A DNA stretch of 64,000 nucleotides from Macrostomum hystrix (taxonomy: Eukaryota; Animalia; Platyhelminthes). The stretch's first letter is position 1. Each line of letters opens with the position of its first letter. The stretch is taken from NCBI GenBank assembly GCA_950097015.1, contig CATNEN010000007.1, positions 5,270,001 through 5,334,000 of the forward strand, in the 5' to 3' direction. The notes under the pieces are model-generated. The model ran no database searches. It was given only the letters and a program-made list of their open reading frames with translations, and was not told the DNA's origin. Of this stretch, positions 51,752 through 64,000 are shown piece by piece. The position numbers and the translations under genes are program-made.

Positions 51752-51998
51752 AGTCAAGAAGAAGCGCAAGAAGAAGGCCGCGAAGCTCGAGCAGTCTGCG
51801 CCCGATCCTCAGCAACCGGAGCCCGTGACCGCCGCCAAATCCAAGTCGAAATCCAAGGCCAAGTCCAAGGAAAAATCCTCAAAGCCTAAAACAGCGAGCG
51901 GAAAGTCTTCGGCAACAGCGACTCCGCAGCCGCAGCCGCAGCTGAAGACCTTCATGTCCAAGGAGGAAGAGGAGCTGGAACGATTTCTCAATGAGTGA
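46851..51998 (+). CDS. RABL6: Rab-like protein 6 (RBEL1/PARF), about 604 aa; exons 46851-46979, 47093-47414, 48987-49434, 50432-51019, 51671-51998
   Basis: KIVIRGDSSVGKS..LQGGPFMEEYTPT, WDAVD.G, DMTKSWT, NHRDMGHHR, YAESSMRNGYGLKYVHRF, Lys-rich C-terminus ending ELERFL; splice phases consistent (1815 nt). Confidence 0.9.
47011..47061 (+). mobile_element. 3' tail fragment of the SINE family in RABL6 intron 1
   Basis: TGTCACCAAAT...AGCCCTCCTGCAATT-TTATTAT matches 537-591. Confidence 0.65.
47740..48655. repeat. 24-bp minisatellite (GCAGCTGAGTTGAAGRCGCTCCTC)n in RABL6 intron 2
   Basis: Tandem periodicity. Confidence 0.96.
50046..50129 (-). tRNA. tRNA-Leu (anticodon CAG), antisense within RABL6 intron 3
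   Basis: GTCAGGATGGCCGAGCGGTCTAAGGCGCTGCGTT-CAG-GTCGCAG...GGGTTCGAATCCCACTTCTGACA; long variable arm; T5 Pol III terminator just downstream. Confidence 0.96.
51050..51635. repeat. 30-bp minisatellite (CAGGTGTTCTAATCTGTCATAATCCCAACC)n in RABL6 intron 4
   Basis: Tandem periodicity. Confidence 0.95.
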
Positions 51999-52089
51999 TG
52001 ATTAAGCTGCATATAGTTCTGCATCTATAACATTTGACTGGTTATAGGCAGATTAAATTAAATACACAGAACAAGACAACTAATACTTG

Positions 52090-52705
52090 AATGCATCCCC
52101 TGATCCCTCAGTGCATCCCCTGATCCCTCAGTGCATCCCCTGATCCCTCAGTGCATCCCCTGATCCCTCAGTGCATCCCCTGATCCCTCAGTGCATCCCC
52201 TGATCCCTCAGTGCATCCCCTGATCCCTCAGTGCATCCCCTGATCCCTCAGTGCATCCCCTGATCCCTCAGTGCCTGATCCCTCAGTGCATCCCCTGATC
52301 CCTCAGTGCATCCCCTGATCCCTCAGTGCATCCCCTGATCCCTCAGTGCATCCCCTGATCCCTCAGTGCATCCCCTGATCCCTCAGTGCCTGATCCCTCA
52401 GTGCATCCCCTGATCCCTCAGTGCATCCCCTGATCCCTCAGTGCATCCCCTGATCCCTCAGGGCCTGATCCCTCAGTGCATCACCTGATCCCTCAGTGCA
52501 TCCCCTGATCCCTCAGTGCATCCCCGGACCCTTCAGTGCATCCCCTGATCCCTCAGTGCATCCCCTGATCCTTCAGGCATCCCCTGATCTCTCAGTGCAT
52601 TCCCTGATCCTTCAGAATCCCCTGATCCCTCAGTGCATCCCCTGATCCTTCAGGCATCCCCTGATCCTTCAGGCATTCCCTGATCCCTCAGTGCATCCCC
52701 TGATC
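52090..52705. repeat. 20-bp minisatellite (GTGCATCCCCTGATCCCTCA)n
   Basis: Tandem periodicity. Confidence 0.95.
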
Positions 52706-53357
52706 AGCAGAACTCATGCATTTCTCAGCTTATTGATTTGGTATTGTTGTGATTTCATTGTGCCACTCCTGATACTGATTTCATTAGATTTCTAATTGAG
52801 GCATCGAATTTGTACGAAATCAATCAACGATTCTAGCGCATGTGAATTTCAATCTATGCTACTGGTTTCACAAAGCAATATATAATTAACTGGTTGCGGT
52901 GTATCAACAGTACAAGCTCCTATAATGTCCTGTATGATTTTTAGTCCGATTCTGTTTCGACTGCACTGCTTTTAAAGGCATATGGGCATATTCATATTCA
53001 TAATTGATTGTGAAGTTTGATTGTCATTCATTTTATTAGCTGTCTTCGATCACAATAGTTCTTACCTGTGTTCACCTGTGTGCCTGCCTAAATGTCTATC
53101 GCGCTGTATTAACACGCTTAGAACTGTCTTCTTGCACATTGCTGTGTTATTTTCCTTTTTGCTTTGGAAAATATTTTAATAAATTAATATTTATCGTTGT
53201 GTCTGAGTTGTTAATGTACTTTCTATCGAGCGGTGATATTTTGTTTAGTTGGCGAATATTTAGGATTTTCTCTACACTGATTAATCAGTATTCATTCTTG
53301 CTTTCAGTTCTTTCGTCAGAAGTCTGACAATGTCCGATACAGGCTGATGGGTAGACA

Positions 53358-53486
<129 letters not shown>

Positions 53487-53513
53487 ACAAGTTTCCAATC
53501 TTCCTCTCTGCAG

Positions 53514-54959
53514 CTTCGCCAATCGCTACTTCACCGTCTAGGCAGGGTGGCCTCAGCTGCGGCGTCAGCAGCTCCGGGCAGTTTTGGCGGCCTCCGTCGT
53601 AGCTTGGCGGGTGCCACCACTACCACCACCACCTACCTGGACGTATCCGTGCCGACAGACGATGCCACGGTGTCGCGGCTGTACCAGGCGGTGCTAAACC
53701 AGCAGCGCACAGGGCTAGCCCAGGCCATCACTCTGGTCGAGTCGCACCACCCGGAGAAGCAAGCCCGTGGCCAGGAGCTGGTGAACCGGCTGCTGCGGCA
53801 CCTGGCCCTGCGGCAGCACAGGCGCTGCTTCCGTGTCGGCATCACGGGCACGCCCGGCGCCGGCAAGTCGACCTTCATCGAGTGCCTCGGCCGCGATCTG
53901 GTCAAACGGCAGGGCAAACGCATCGCCGTCCTGACCGTCGATCCCAGCTCCAGCGCCACCGGCGGATCCCTGCTGGGCGACGCAACCCGGATGCCGGAGC
54001 TCTGCGTCCACCCCAACGCCTTCGTGCGCACCACGCCTAGCGGCGGCAGTCTGGGCGGCGTGGCGCGGTACACACAGAACACTGCCGTCCTATGCGAAGC
54101 TGCCGGCTTTGACTGCCTGCTCATCGAGACCATGGGTGTCGGCCAGGCTGAGTATCAGGTGAGGGAAGGGGGATGGCGGAAGGTGACAAAATATGCCGGA
54201 AAGTGACAAAAAAGTGCGGAGAGGTGACTAGTAAGGGCGGAAGACGAGTAAAAAGGGGGGTAGGTGATAAAATATGGTTGTAAATGAAAATGTCGAAAGT
54301 GCACAGAAAAAATGTGCTCATGCTCAGAGACATCAGCTGTAGGAATTCTGTGTGACGCCTTATCAAGAACATAAAAGGTCACGAAAAGTCAGTGAAAGAG
54401 GAAACAAGAGAAATTTTGATGGTCAAGCAATGCCCTCCGCTAGGTGAACGAGATGGTGGACATGTTCCTGCTGCTGCAATCTCCGGGTGGCGGCGACGAG
54501 CTTCAGGGTGTGAAGCGCGGCGTGATGGAGGTGGCGGACCTGGTGGTGGTAACCAAGTGCGACGGCAATCTGATCCCCGCGGCCAACCACGCTGCCACGG
54601 AGCTGAGCCGGGCCCTCCGCGCCTTCTCGCGGATGAAGCACCCTCGCGCCGGCTGGCGGCCCCGCGTGCTGCGCTGCTCCTCCCTAACCGGCGAGGGCGT
54701 CTCGGAGGTCTGGCAGGCTGTCATGGAGTTTCAGGAGCGCGTGACCGACTCCGGTGAGTTGGTTCAACGGCGCGTAAGCCAGCTTGAGAAGTGGATGTGG
54801 CTGCACGTGCGCGAGCACCTCATGGACCTGTTCACCGAGAGCCCGGCCGTGGCAGGCAGCCTGCCTGCCCTCATTGGCGAGGTCCGCGACGGCCTCAAAT
54901 CGCCTGGCAACGCGGCCGACATCCTGCTGCGCTGCTTCTTGGAAAATAGGGCGAGGTGA
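53514..54959 (+). CDS. MMAA: Methylmalonic aciduria type A protein (MeaB/ArgK GTPase), mitochondrial; exons 53514-54158 and 54444-54959; initiator ATG not found in genomic DNA
   Basis: [20 protein letters not shown]-loop, [43 protein letters not shown]; phase-0 intron; acceptor TTCCTCTCTGCAG at 53513. Confidence 0.92.
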
Positions 54960-54974
54960 ATCAGCATCTGATCC

Positions 54975-55970
54975 TCTTAGGATCTGAGACTCCGAGACTC
55001 TTTGGATCCGAGACTCTTGGGATCCGAGACTCTTGGGATCCGAGACTTTTGGGATCCGAGACTCTTGGGATCCGAGACTTTTGGGATCTGAGACTCATGG
55101 GATCCGAGACTTTTGGGATCTGAGACTCTTGGGATCCGAGACTTTTGGGATCCGAGACTCCGAGACTTTTGGGATCTGAGACTCCGAGACTTTTGGGATC
55201 CGAGACTTTTGGGATCTGAGACTCTTGGGATCCGAGACTTTTGGGATCCGAGACTTTTGGGATCTGAGACTCTTGGGATCCGAGACTTTTGGGATCCGAG
55301 ACTCCGAGACTTTTGGGATCTGAGACTCCGAGACTTTTGGGATCTGAGACTCTTGGGATCCGAGACTCAGAGACTTTTGGGATCTGAGACTCCGAGACTT
55401 TTGGGATCTGAGACTCTTGGGATCCGAGACTCAGAGACTTTTGGGATCTGAGACTTTTGGGATCTGAGACTCCGAGACTTTTGGGATCCGAGACTTTTGG
55501 GATCTGAGACTCTTGGGATCCGAGACTCAGAGACTTTTGGGATCTGAGACTTTTGGGATCTGAGACTCCGAGACTTTTGGGATCCGAGACTTTTGGGATC
55601 TGAGACTTTTGGGATCTGAGACTTTTGGGATCTGAGACTTTTGGGATCCGAGACTTTTGGGATCTGAGACTTTTGGGATCTGAGACTCCGAGACTTTTGG
55701 GATCCGAGACTTTTGGGATCTGAGACTTATGGGATCCGAGACTTTTGGGATCCGAGACTTTTGGGATCCGAGACTCTTGGGATCCGAGACTTTTGGGATC
55801 CGAGACTTTTGGGATCCGAGACTTTTGGGATCTGAGACTTATGGGATCCGAGACTTTTGGGATCTGAGACTCCGAGACTTTTGGGATCCGAGACTTTTGG
55901 GATCTGAGACTCCGAGACTCTTGGGATCCGAGACTTTTGGGATATGATCCTCTTAGGATCTGACACTTTT
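54975..55970. repeat. 16-bp minisatellite (GAGACTTTTGGGATCC)n directly after the MMAA stop
   Basis: Tandem periodicity with 8-bp subunits. Confidence 0.95.
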
Positions 55971-56489
55971 TAGTTCTAGAATGTCTCTTGGAATTTAGAA
56001 ATTTTGGGATCTGGGACGTAAGGGATTCGAAATTGGGTGGATACATTTGGGATCTAAGACGAGTCAGATTTGAGAACTTTGGGATCAGGTTTGATCTGGG
56101 ACTTTTCGGATTGGAGAATAGTCTGGTCCCAAACTTAGGTGACTCCTAGGTTTGCAAATGACCTTCTTTCTATAATATTTATCAATCTAAAGTTGCTCGA
56201 AGCAGATTGTATTGAAGCCCAGCTTTTGAATCTCAGCGCGTGTGCAAATCTTCACTGTGTTCTGGGGAATGAAAAATTCTACAGTCTACTTTCAAGTAGT
56301 GTTACGATAGCTTACACAATTTTCATTAGTTAGAAGCTTGACCGCCTACTCACACCGCTTACTGCGATTGGCAGATGTTTAGTTTGTGTTCGTTTAGCGT
56401 CAATTTTGTTGTATAGTTAGTTCATTATATTTTGTGACTCTTTCTGTTGTCACTTGTCTTTTTTATTGTCAAATTTCTTTTTGAAAACT

Positions 56490-58535
56490 TGTGTGGGATG
56501 ATGTTTGGGATCTCTGATGGTGTGGGATGGATTTGGGGATCTCTGATGGTGTGGGATGGAGTTAGGGATCTCTGATGGTGTGGGAGGGAGTTGGGGATCT
56601 CTGATGGTGTGGGATGGAGTTGGGGATCTCTGATGGTGTGGGATGGAGTTGGGGATCTCTGATGGTGTGGGATTGAGTTGGGGATCTCTGATGGTGTGGG
56701 ATGGACTTGGGATCTCTGATGGTGTGGGATTGAGTTGGGGATCTCTGATGGTGTGGGATGGAGTTAGGGATCTCTGATGGTGTGGGAGGGAGTTGGGGAT
56801 CTCTGATGGTGTGGGATGGAGTTGGGGATCTCTGATGGTGTGGGATTGAGTTGGGGATCTCTGATGGTGTGGGAGGGAGTTGGGGATCTCTGATGGTGTG
56901 GGAGGGAGTTGGGGATCTCTGATGGTGTGGGAGGGAGTTGGGGATCTCTGATGGTGTGGGATTGAGTTGGGGATCTCTGATTGTGTGGGATGGAGTTAGG
57001 GATCTCTGATGGTGTGGGATGGAGTTGGGGATCTCTGATGGTGTGGGATGGATTTGGGGATCTCTGATGGTGTGGGATGGAGTTGGGGATCTCTGATGGT
57101 GTGGGAGGGAGTTGGGGATCTCTGATGGTGTGGGATGGAGTTGGGGATCTCTGATGGTGTGGGATTGAGTTGGGGATCTCTGATTGTGTGGGATTGAGTT
57201 GGGGATCTCTGATGGTGTGGGATGGAGTTGGGGATCTCTGATGGTGTGGGATGGAGTTGGGGATCTCTGATGGTGTGGGATTGAGTTGGGGATCTCTGAT
57301 TGTGTGGGATTGAGCTGGGGATCTCTGATGGTGTGGGATTGAGTTGGGGATCTCTGATTGTGTGGGATTGAGTTGGGGATCTCTGATGGTGTGGGATGGA
57401 GTTGGGGATCTCTGATTGTGTGGGATTGAGCTGGGGATCTCTGATGGTGTGGGATTGAGTTGGGGATCTCTGATTGTGTGGGATTGAGTTGGGGATCTCT
57501 GATGGTGTGGGATGGAGTTGGGGATCTCTGATGGTGTGGGATGGAGTTGGGGATCTCTGATGGTGTGGGATGGAGTTGGGGATCTCTGATGGTGTGGGAT
57601 GGAGTTGGTGATCTCTGATGGTGTGGGATTGAGTTGGGGATCTCTGGTGGTGTGGGATTGAGTTGGGGATCTCTGATGGTGTGGGATGGACTTGGGATCT
57701 CTGATGGTGTGGGATGGACTTGGGATCTCTGGTGGTGTGGGATGGAATTGGGGATCTCTGATGGTGTGGGATTGAGTTGGGGATCTCTGATGGTGTGGGA
57801 TGGACTTGGGATCTCTGATGGTGTGGGATGGACTTGGGGATCTCTGATGGTGTGGGATGGAGTTGGGGATCTCTGATGGTGTGGGATGGAGTTGGTGATC
57901 TCTGATGGTGTGGGATTGAGTTGGGGATCTCTGGTGGTGTGGGATTGAGTTGGGGATCTCTGATTGTGTGGGATTGAGTTGGGGATCTCTGATGGTGTGG
58001 GATGGAGTTGGGGATCTCTGATGGTGTGGGATGGAGTTGGGGATCTCTGATGGTGTGGGATGGAGTTGGGGATCTCTGATGGTGTGGGATGGAGTTGGGG
58101 ATCTCTGATAGTGTGGGATGGAGTTGGGGATCTCTGATGGTGTGGGAAGGAGTTGGGGATCTCTGATTGTGTGGGATGGAGTCTCTGGTGGTGTGGGATT
58201 GAGTTGTGGATCTCTGGTGGTGTGGGATTGAGTTGGGGATCTCTGGTGGTGTGGGATTGAGTTAGGGATCTCTGGTGGTGCGGGATTAAGTTGGGGATCT
58301 CTGGTGGTGTGGGATTGAGTTCGGGATCTCTGGTGGTGTGGGATTGAGTTGGGGATCTCTGGTGGTGTGGGATGGAGTTGGGGATCTCTGATGGTGTGGG
58401 ATGTAGTTAAGGATCTCTGGTGGTGTGGGATGGAGTTGGGGATCTCTGATGGTGTGGGATGTAGTTAAGGATCTCTGATGGTGTGGGATGTAGTTAAGGA
58501 TCTTTGATAGTTCGGGATGGAGTTGGGGATCTCGG
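56490..58535. repeat. 29-bp G-rich minisatellite (GGGATCTCTGATGGTGTGGGATGGAGTTG)n
   Basis: Tandem periodicity. Confidence 0.97.
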
Positions 58536-59009
58536 GTGGCACAATGTCCCTTGTCGCAAACCTATTCAACCCCTGACCCCAATGTCCCTGAAGTGTTAGG
58601 TCCGCGATAGCAGATTATATTTTCTGTTTATGATAAAAATTGAATTAACGCTATATATTTCAGATAATAAATGAGCTAGCTTTCATTCATGCCAGCCGCC
58701 ATCTAGCATACATTATTATTGATATAGAAACTGTTTTCTGTACACACAGTCTCAGTGTCCATATGGTATCATATTTTTCAATTGTTTTTTAGACTTTAAT
58801 CTTGCCTAAATTTAGAACTAGCTGGACTTGATTATGAGGCAGTGTTGGTTTTCAGTATGTCAAATACACTCTTTAAATGCATTGATATTTATTTTAGCAG
58901 CCTAACTCAAGTCAAAAAATCAATTCTTTTCTTTGTATATCTTTGACGCTCGCATTTTTACTACTTTTAGTAGCCAGCCAAACTTTTAGCAAGGTTTTTG
59001 TTGACTGAA

Positions 59010-60735
59010 GTGTAGACAGACAAACTGAGACACGGACTGACAGGTGGAGACTGACGGACTGAGACATGGACTGACAGGTTGAGACATAAACTGAGACACG
59101 GACTGAGAGGTTGAGACAGATAAACTGAGACACGGACTGACAGGTGGAGACAGGCTAACTGAGACACGGACTGACAGTTTGAGACTGACGAACTGAGACA
59201 CAGACTGACAGGTTGAGACAGATAAACTGAGACACGGACTGACTGGTTGAGACAGGCTAACTGAGACACGGACTGACAGGTTGAGACAGGCTAACTGAGA
59301 CACGGACTGACAGGTTGAGACAGGCTAACTGAGACACGGACTGAGAGGTTGAGACAGATAAACTGAGACACGGACTGAGAGGTTGAGACAGATAAACTGA
59401 GACACGGACTGACTGGTTGAGACAGGCTAACTGAGACACGGACTGACAGGTTGAGACAGGCTAACTGAGACACGGACTGACAGGTTGAGACAGGCTAACT
59501 GAGACACGGACTGAGAGGTTGAGACAGATAAACTGAGACACGGACTGAGAGGTTGAGACAGATAAACTGAGACACGGACTGAGAGGTTGAGACAGATAAA
59601 CTGAGACACGGACTGACTGGTGGAGACAGGCTAACTGAGACACGGACTGACAGGTGGAGACAGGCTAACTGAGACACGGACTGACAGGTGGAGACAGGCT
59701 AACTGAGATACGGAGTGACAGTTTGAGACTGACGAACTGAGACATGGACTGACAGGTTGAGACATAAACTGAGACACGGACGGAGAGGTTGAGACAGATA
59801 AACTGAGACACGGACGGAGAGGTTGAGACAGATAAACTGAGACACGGACGGAGAGGTTGAGACAGATAAACTGAGACACGGACTGAGAGGTTGAGACAGA
59901 TAAACTGAGACACGGACTGAGAGGTTGAGACAGATAAACTGAGACACGGACTGACTGGTGGAGACAGGCTAACTGAGACACGGACTGACAGGTGGAGACA
60001 GGCTAACTGAGACACGGACTGACAGGTGGAGACAGGCTAACTGAGATACGGAGTGACAGTTTGAGACTGACGAACTGAGACATGGACTGACAGGTTGAGA
60101 CATAAACTGAGACACGGACGGAGAGGTTGAGACAGATAAACTGAGACACGGACGGAGAGGTTGAGACAGATAAACTGAGACACGGACGGAGAGGTTGAGA
60201 CAGATAAACTGAGACACGGACTGACTGGTGGAGACAGGCTAACTGAGACACAGACTGACAGGTTGAGACAGGCTAACTGAGACACGGACGGAGAGGTTGA
60301 GACAGATAAACTGAGACACGGACTGACTGGTGGAGACAGGCTAACTGAGACACAGACTGACAGGTTGAGACAGGCTAACTGAGACACGGACGGAGAGGTT
60401 GAGACAGATAAACTGAGACACGGACGGAGAGATTGAGACAGACAAACTGAGACACGGACTGACAGTTTGAGACTGACGAACTGAGACATGGACTGACAGG
60501 TTGAGACATAAACTGAGACACGGACTGAGAGGTTGAGACAGATAAACTGAGACACGGACTGACTGGTGGAGACAGGCTAACTGAGACACGGACTGACAGG
60601 TTGAGACAGGCTAACTGAGACACGGACTGACAGGTTGAGACAGGCTAACTGAGACACGGACTGACAGGTTGAGACAGGCTAACTGAGACACGGACTGACA
60701 GGTTGAGACAGGCTAACTGAGACACGGACTGACAG
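59010..60735. repeat. 34-bp minisatellite (ACTGAGACACGGACTGACAGGTTGAGACAGGCTA)n
   Basis: Tandem periodicity with variant units. Confidence 0.96.
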
Positions 60736-61594
60736 ATGGGGGCGGTCAGTATGACAGCTAAGAACAAGCGGTCAGCAGTCTTTGTCTGTATCTGCATGGC
60801 AGCAGTCGAGTCGCCGCTGCTGTCACAATATGTCTTGAATAGGCAGAAAGATCACAGGAAATTCGTTGTGAAAGCAGCAGCTAGACCAACGGAGAACAGG
60901 TTGCGCTCAGCTCTGCAAGCTGAGAACTGGCTATGAGGGGATCTGGCGGAGAGCTGGCCAAGTAGAAGACCGGATTGATAGACTGTCGCCTCCGCCCCGC
61001 CTTCTTCGCCCCTCTGATCCTTCCGCGTCGCCAACTTTCCTTTATTTTCGGTGAAGGTGACGATGAGGATGATGAGGGGAGTGGGAAGGTCTGTTCCGCA
61101 TTTGCATACGGGATTGGAGTGGCACGGACTGACAGGGTGGCAGACAGATGAGGCCGCTTCGAGATTTTCTGGTCGACTGGTCGGCAATTTTTTTCATTCA
61201 TTATTTTGCTTCTTGGCCCGGACTCGAACTGGCAGTCAATAAAATACGAGCTCTTTCCAAGAAACTGTGGCTGCGCATTTGTCACTGACAGGGTCATAGA
61301 GCACTGACTATCATAGATAGTCCTTATGGTATGAAGTTTGGCTTCTATAATATAACTTGGACACTAAATTAGCTTGCCAGGTTGTGTGGGAATTTGCATT
61401 TTTCGGGTGCTCATTGGCGCGGATTTGGCAAGAAATTGTTGGCTAGACAGAATGACGGGCACAGATTAATGATGTGTGAGTCCAGAGTCGGACAGTTTCT
61501 ACACTTCGGTGTGCTCAATAATTGAACTAAGGTAGGATCTGACACTTTTCTGTTTCAATTACTTTAGGTCAGTTTATCTCCTATTAAACCTGAT

Positions 61595-62410
61595 TACACT
61601 TTGGGTTGGCTTAGATCACTTTGGGTTGGCTTGGATCACTTTGGGTTGGCTTGGATCACTTTGGGTTGGCTTGGATCACTTTGGGTTGGCTTGGATCACT
61701 TTGGGTTGGCTTGGATCACTTTGGGTTGGCTTGGATCACTTTGGGTTGGCTTGGATCACTTTGGGTTGGCTTGGATCACTTTGGGTTGGCTTGGATCACT
61801 TTGGGTTGGCTTGGATCACTTTGGGTTGGCTTGGATCACTTTGGGTTGGCTTGGATCACTTTAGGTTGGCTTAGATCAGTTTAGGCTGGCTTGGATCAGT
61901 TTAGGCTGGCTTGGATCAGTTTAGGCTGGCTTAGATCAGTTTAGGCTGGCTTGGATCAGTTTAGGCTGGCTTGGATCAGTTTAGGCTGGCTTGGATCAGT
62001 TTAGGCTGGCTTAGATCAGTTTAGGTAGGCTTAGATCAGTTTAGGTTGGCTTGGATCAGTTTAGGCTGGCTTGGATCAGTTTAGGCTGGCTTAGATCAGT
62101 TTAGGCTGGCTTGGATCAGTTTAGGCTGGCTTAGATCAGTTTAGGTTGGCTTAGATCAGTTTAGGTTGGCTTGGATCAGTTTAGGTTGGCTTGGATCAGT
62201 TTAGGCTGGCTTGGATCAGTTTAGGCTGGCTTAGATCAGTTTAGGTTGGCTTAGATCAGTTTAGGTTGGCTTGGATCAGTTTAGGCTGGCTTGGATCAGT
62301 TTAGGTTGGCTTGGATCAGTTTAGGCTGGCTTAGATCAGTTTAGGTTGGCTTGGATCAGTTTAGGCTGGCTTAGATCAGTTTAGGTTGGCTTGGATCAGT
62401 TTAGGCTGGC
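61595..62410. repeat. 20-bp minisatellite with two variant blocks
   Basis: TTGGGTTGGCTTGGATCACT units, then TTAGGYTGGCTTRGATCAGT units. Confidence 0.96.
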
Positions 62411-63539
62411 TGACTACCCTAACCGAATACTTAGATCGGCTTAGGTGTGTGTCTGGTAGTTCTGAGTAAAATTTAGGCTTGTATAGATGAGCAGACTGCC
62501 CTAACGAATACTCTATAAGCTTCAAAATCCAGCACATTTTGATTACCTTTGAAAAATCAGTGTTAACTCTTAGAATATTGACCAATTTAGAAGAACTTAT
62601 TCAAGTGTGAATGACTAAGCGCTGTCACAAAGACAAAATCAAACCATTGAAGTCCTCATTCCATCCTCAAGCCCCTAAAACGACCAACCACAAGCTGAAG
62701 CCCTTGCCGATCAGAATAATTTGAGGCCCGCTTCGCCCCTATGGACAGTCGATTGACTTGACAGGCCTCTCCTAATGTGAGACGGATTGGCGAAATTGGG
62801 GATTGAAAACATTGCTGCGATTTCCCAGAAAAAACCAAGTGATCCGCGCCGAGAGGCGATAGCGAAGACAAAGAGGATATTTGGGTAGGGGCTTGTATCC
62901 CACACCTTGACGATGAGACCCCTAATTGGGCCGAGCATATTTGAAAGCGATCAAGCGCATTTTGAGGAGCCTTTGCGTGCGCTGAGTCGGGCACACCTTG
63001 TTTTCCTCTTTCTCCCAGACCTCTCAGAGCGGCCGCTCAGTCACAAGGGGATCTTGGGATATTGCTAGCCGACTTCTTGCATCCCTTCTGGTCTCTTCTG
63101 GTGAGCGAAGGCGCAAATATCGTCAGCTGCGGCTGGGACTGGTCAGATCCATGCGGCCTCATCCTCATTTACCTCCTGCTCAGTACCTGCTCTTCTGTGC
63201 GCTCAGCCGTGCCTGCAATTTTAGATCCCTCTTTCCAGATCCCTTTTCCCCGGCACAGTTGCCCGCCTTCTCAAGGGGGGCTCGCCTGCTCTTGGCAACC
63301 TCTCGTGTATAATACGGTCATTGGGATTGGGATCTCGATTTCTCTTCTTGCGCCTCTCATGGAAATCCTCGCCTTTTTCGGTGCCTTTTGAAGCTCCTGA
63401 TTAACGGTGGCCGCAGGCTCCCCGCTGTGCGCACCTGCGTGCTCAAGTACTCGAGATCGGCTTCGAGGGACCCGGGATTTACTATGAGGATAATGGGGGT
63501 CCGCTGTTGGCAGCCCTGCTGTAGACATGCCCAACATGT

Positions 63540-64000
63540 ACCTCTACTACTAATCTCTGCCTTCTACCTGTTCCACTCTACCTCTCCCAGTCAACCTCTC
63601 CCGCTCTACCTCTTCCGCTCTACCTCTCCCAGTCAACCTCTCCCGCTCTACCTCTCCCAGTAAACCTCTCCCGCTCTACCTCTCCCAGTAAACCTCTCCC
63701 GCTCTACCTCTTCCGCTCTACCTCTCCCAGTCAACCTCTCCCGCTCTACCTCTCCCAGTAAACCTCTCCCGCTCTACCTCTCCCAGTCAACCTCTCCCGC
63801 TCTACCTCTTCCGCTCTACCTCTCCCAGTCAACCTCTCCCGCTCTACCTCTCCCAGTAAACCTCTCCCGCTCTACCTCTCTACCTCTCCCGCTCTACCTC
63901 TCCCGCTCTACCTCTCCCAGTAAACCTCTCCCGCTCTACCTCTCCCAGTAAACCTCTCCCGCTCTACCTCTCCCAGTAAACCTCTCCCGCTCTACCTCTC
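63540..64000. repeat. 14-bp-based CT-rich minisatellite, runs off the window end
   Basis: CCTCTCCCGCTCTA / CCTCTCCCAGTMAA units. Confidence 0.93.

Noticed and set aside
60881-61297. 138-aa minus-strand ORF between minisatellites
   Set aside because: No homology recognisable by eye and no clear exon structure; needs RNA-seq or BLAST
62650-63540. GC-richer unique block with several short ORFs
   Set aside because: Could be a decayed TE or exon, but no diagnostic motif was found

Overview
Eukaryotic (metazoan) genomic DNA with spliceosomal introns, GC3-rich exons, many minisatellites and TEs. The overall style, and a gene that seems to need a spliced-leader AUG, suggest a free-living flatworm such as Macrostomum; this host assignment is inference only. 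Genes: exon 1 of an Elk-type KCNH K+ channel (-, missed by the ORF track), GILT/IFI30, an ELOVL elongase (-), a SAM methyltransferase (-), RABL6 (with an intronic tRNA-Leu), and MMAA. The central feature is an arginine-kinase gene that splices into a ~1812-aa protein with FIVE contiguous kinase domains. Its repeated 1080-nt phase 1-1 exons are ~99% identical, while the introns between them look unrelated, which points to exon-restricted concerted evolution. An intact non-LTR retrotransposon (APE-RT-RNase H, LOA-like) has a 13-bp TSD and an HDV-like ribozyme fold whose predicted cleavage site is exactly the element's first base. Also present: a decayed Tc1-like transposon with DD31E spacing, a tRNA-derived SINE family, a MITE and decayed RTE- and Ingi/Vingi-like LINEs. 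All coordinates and comparisons were made by eye.
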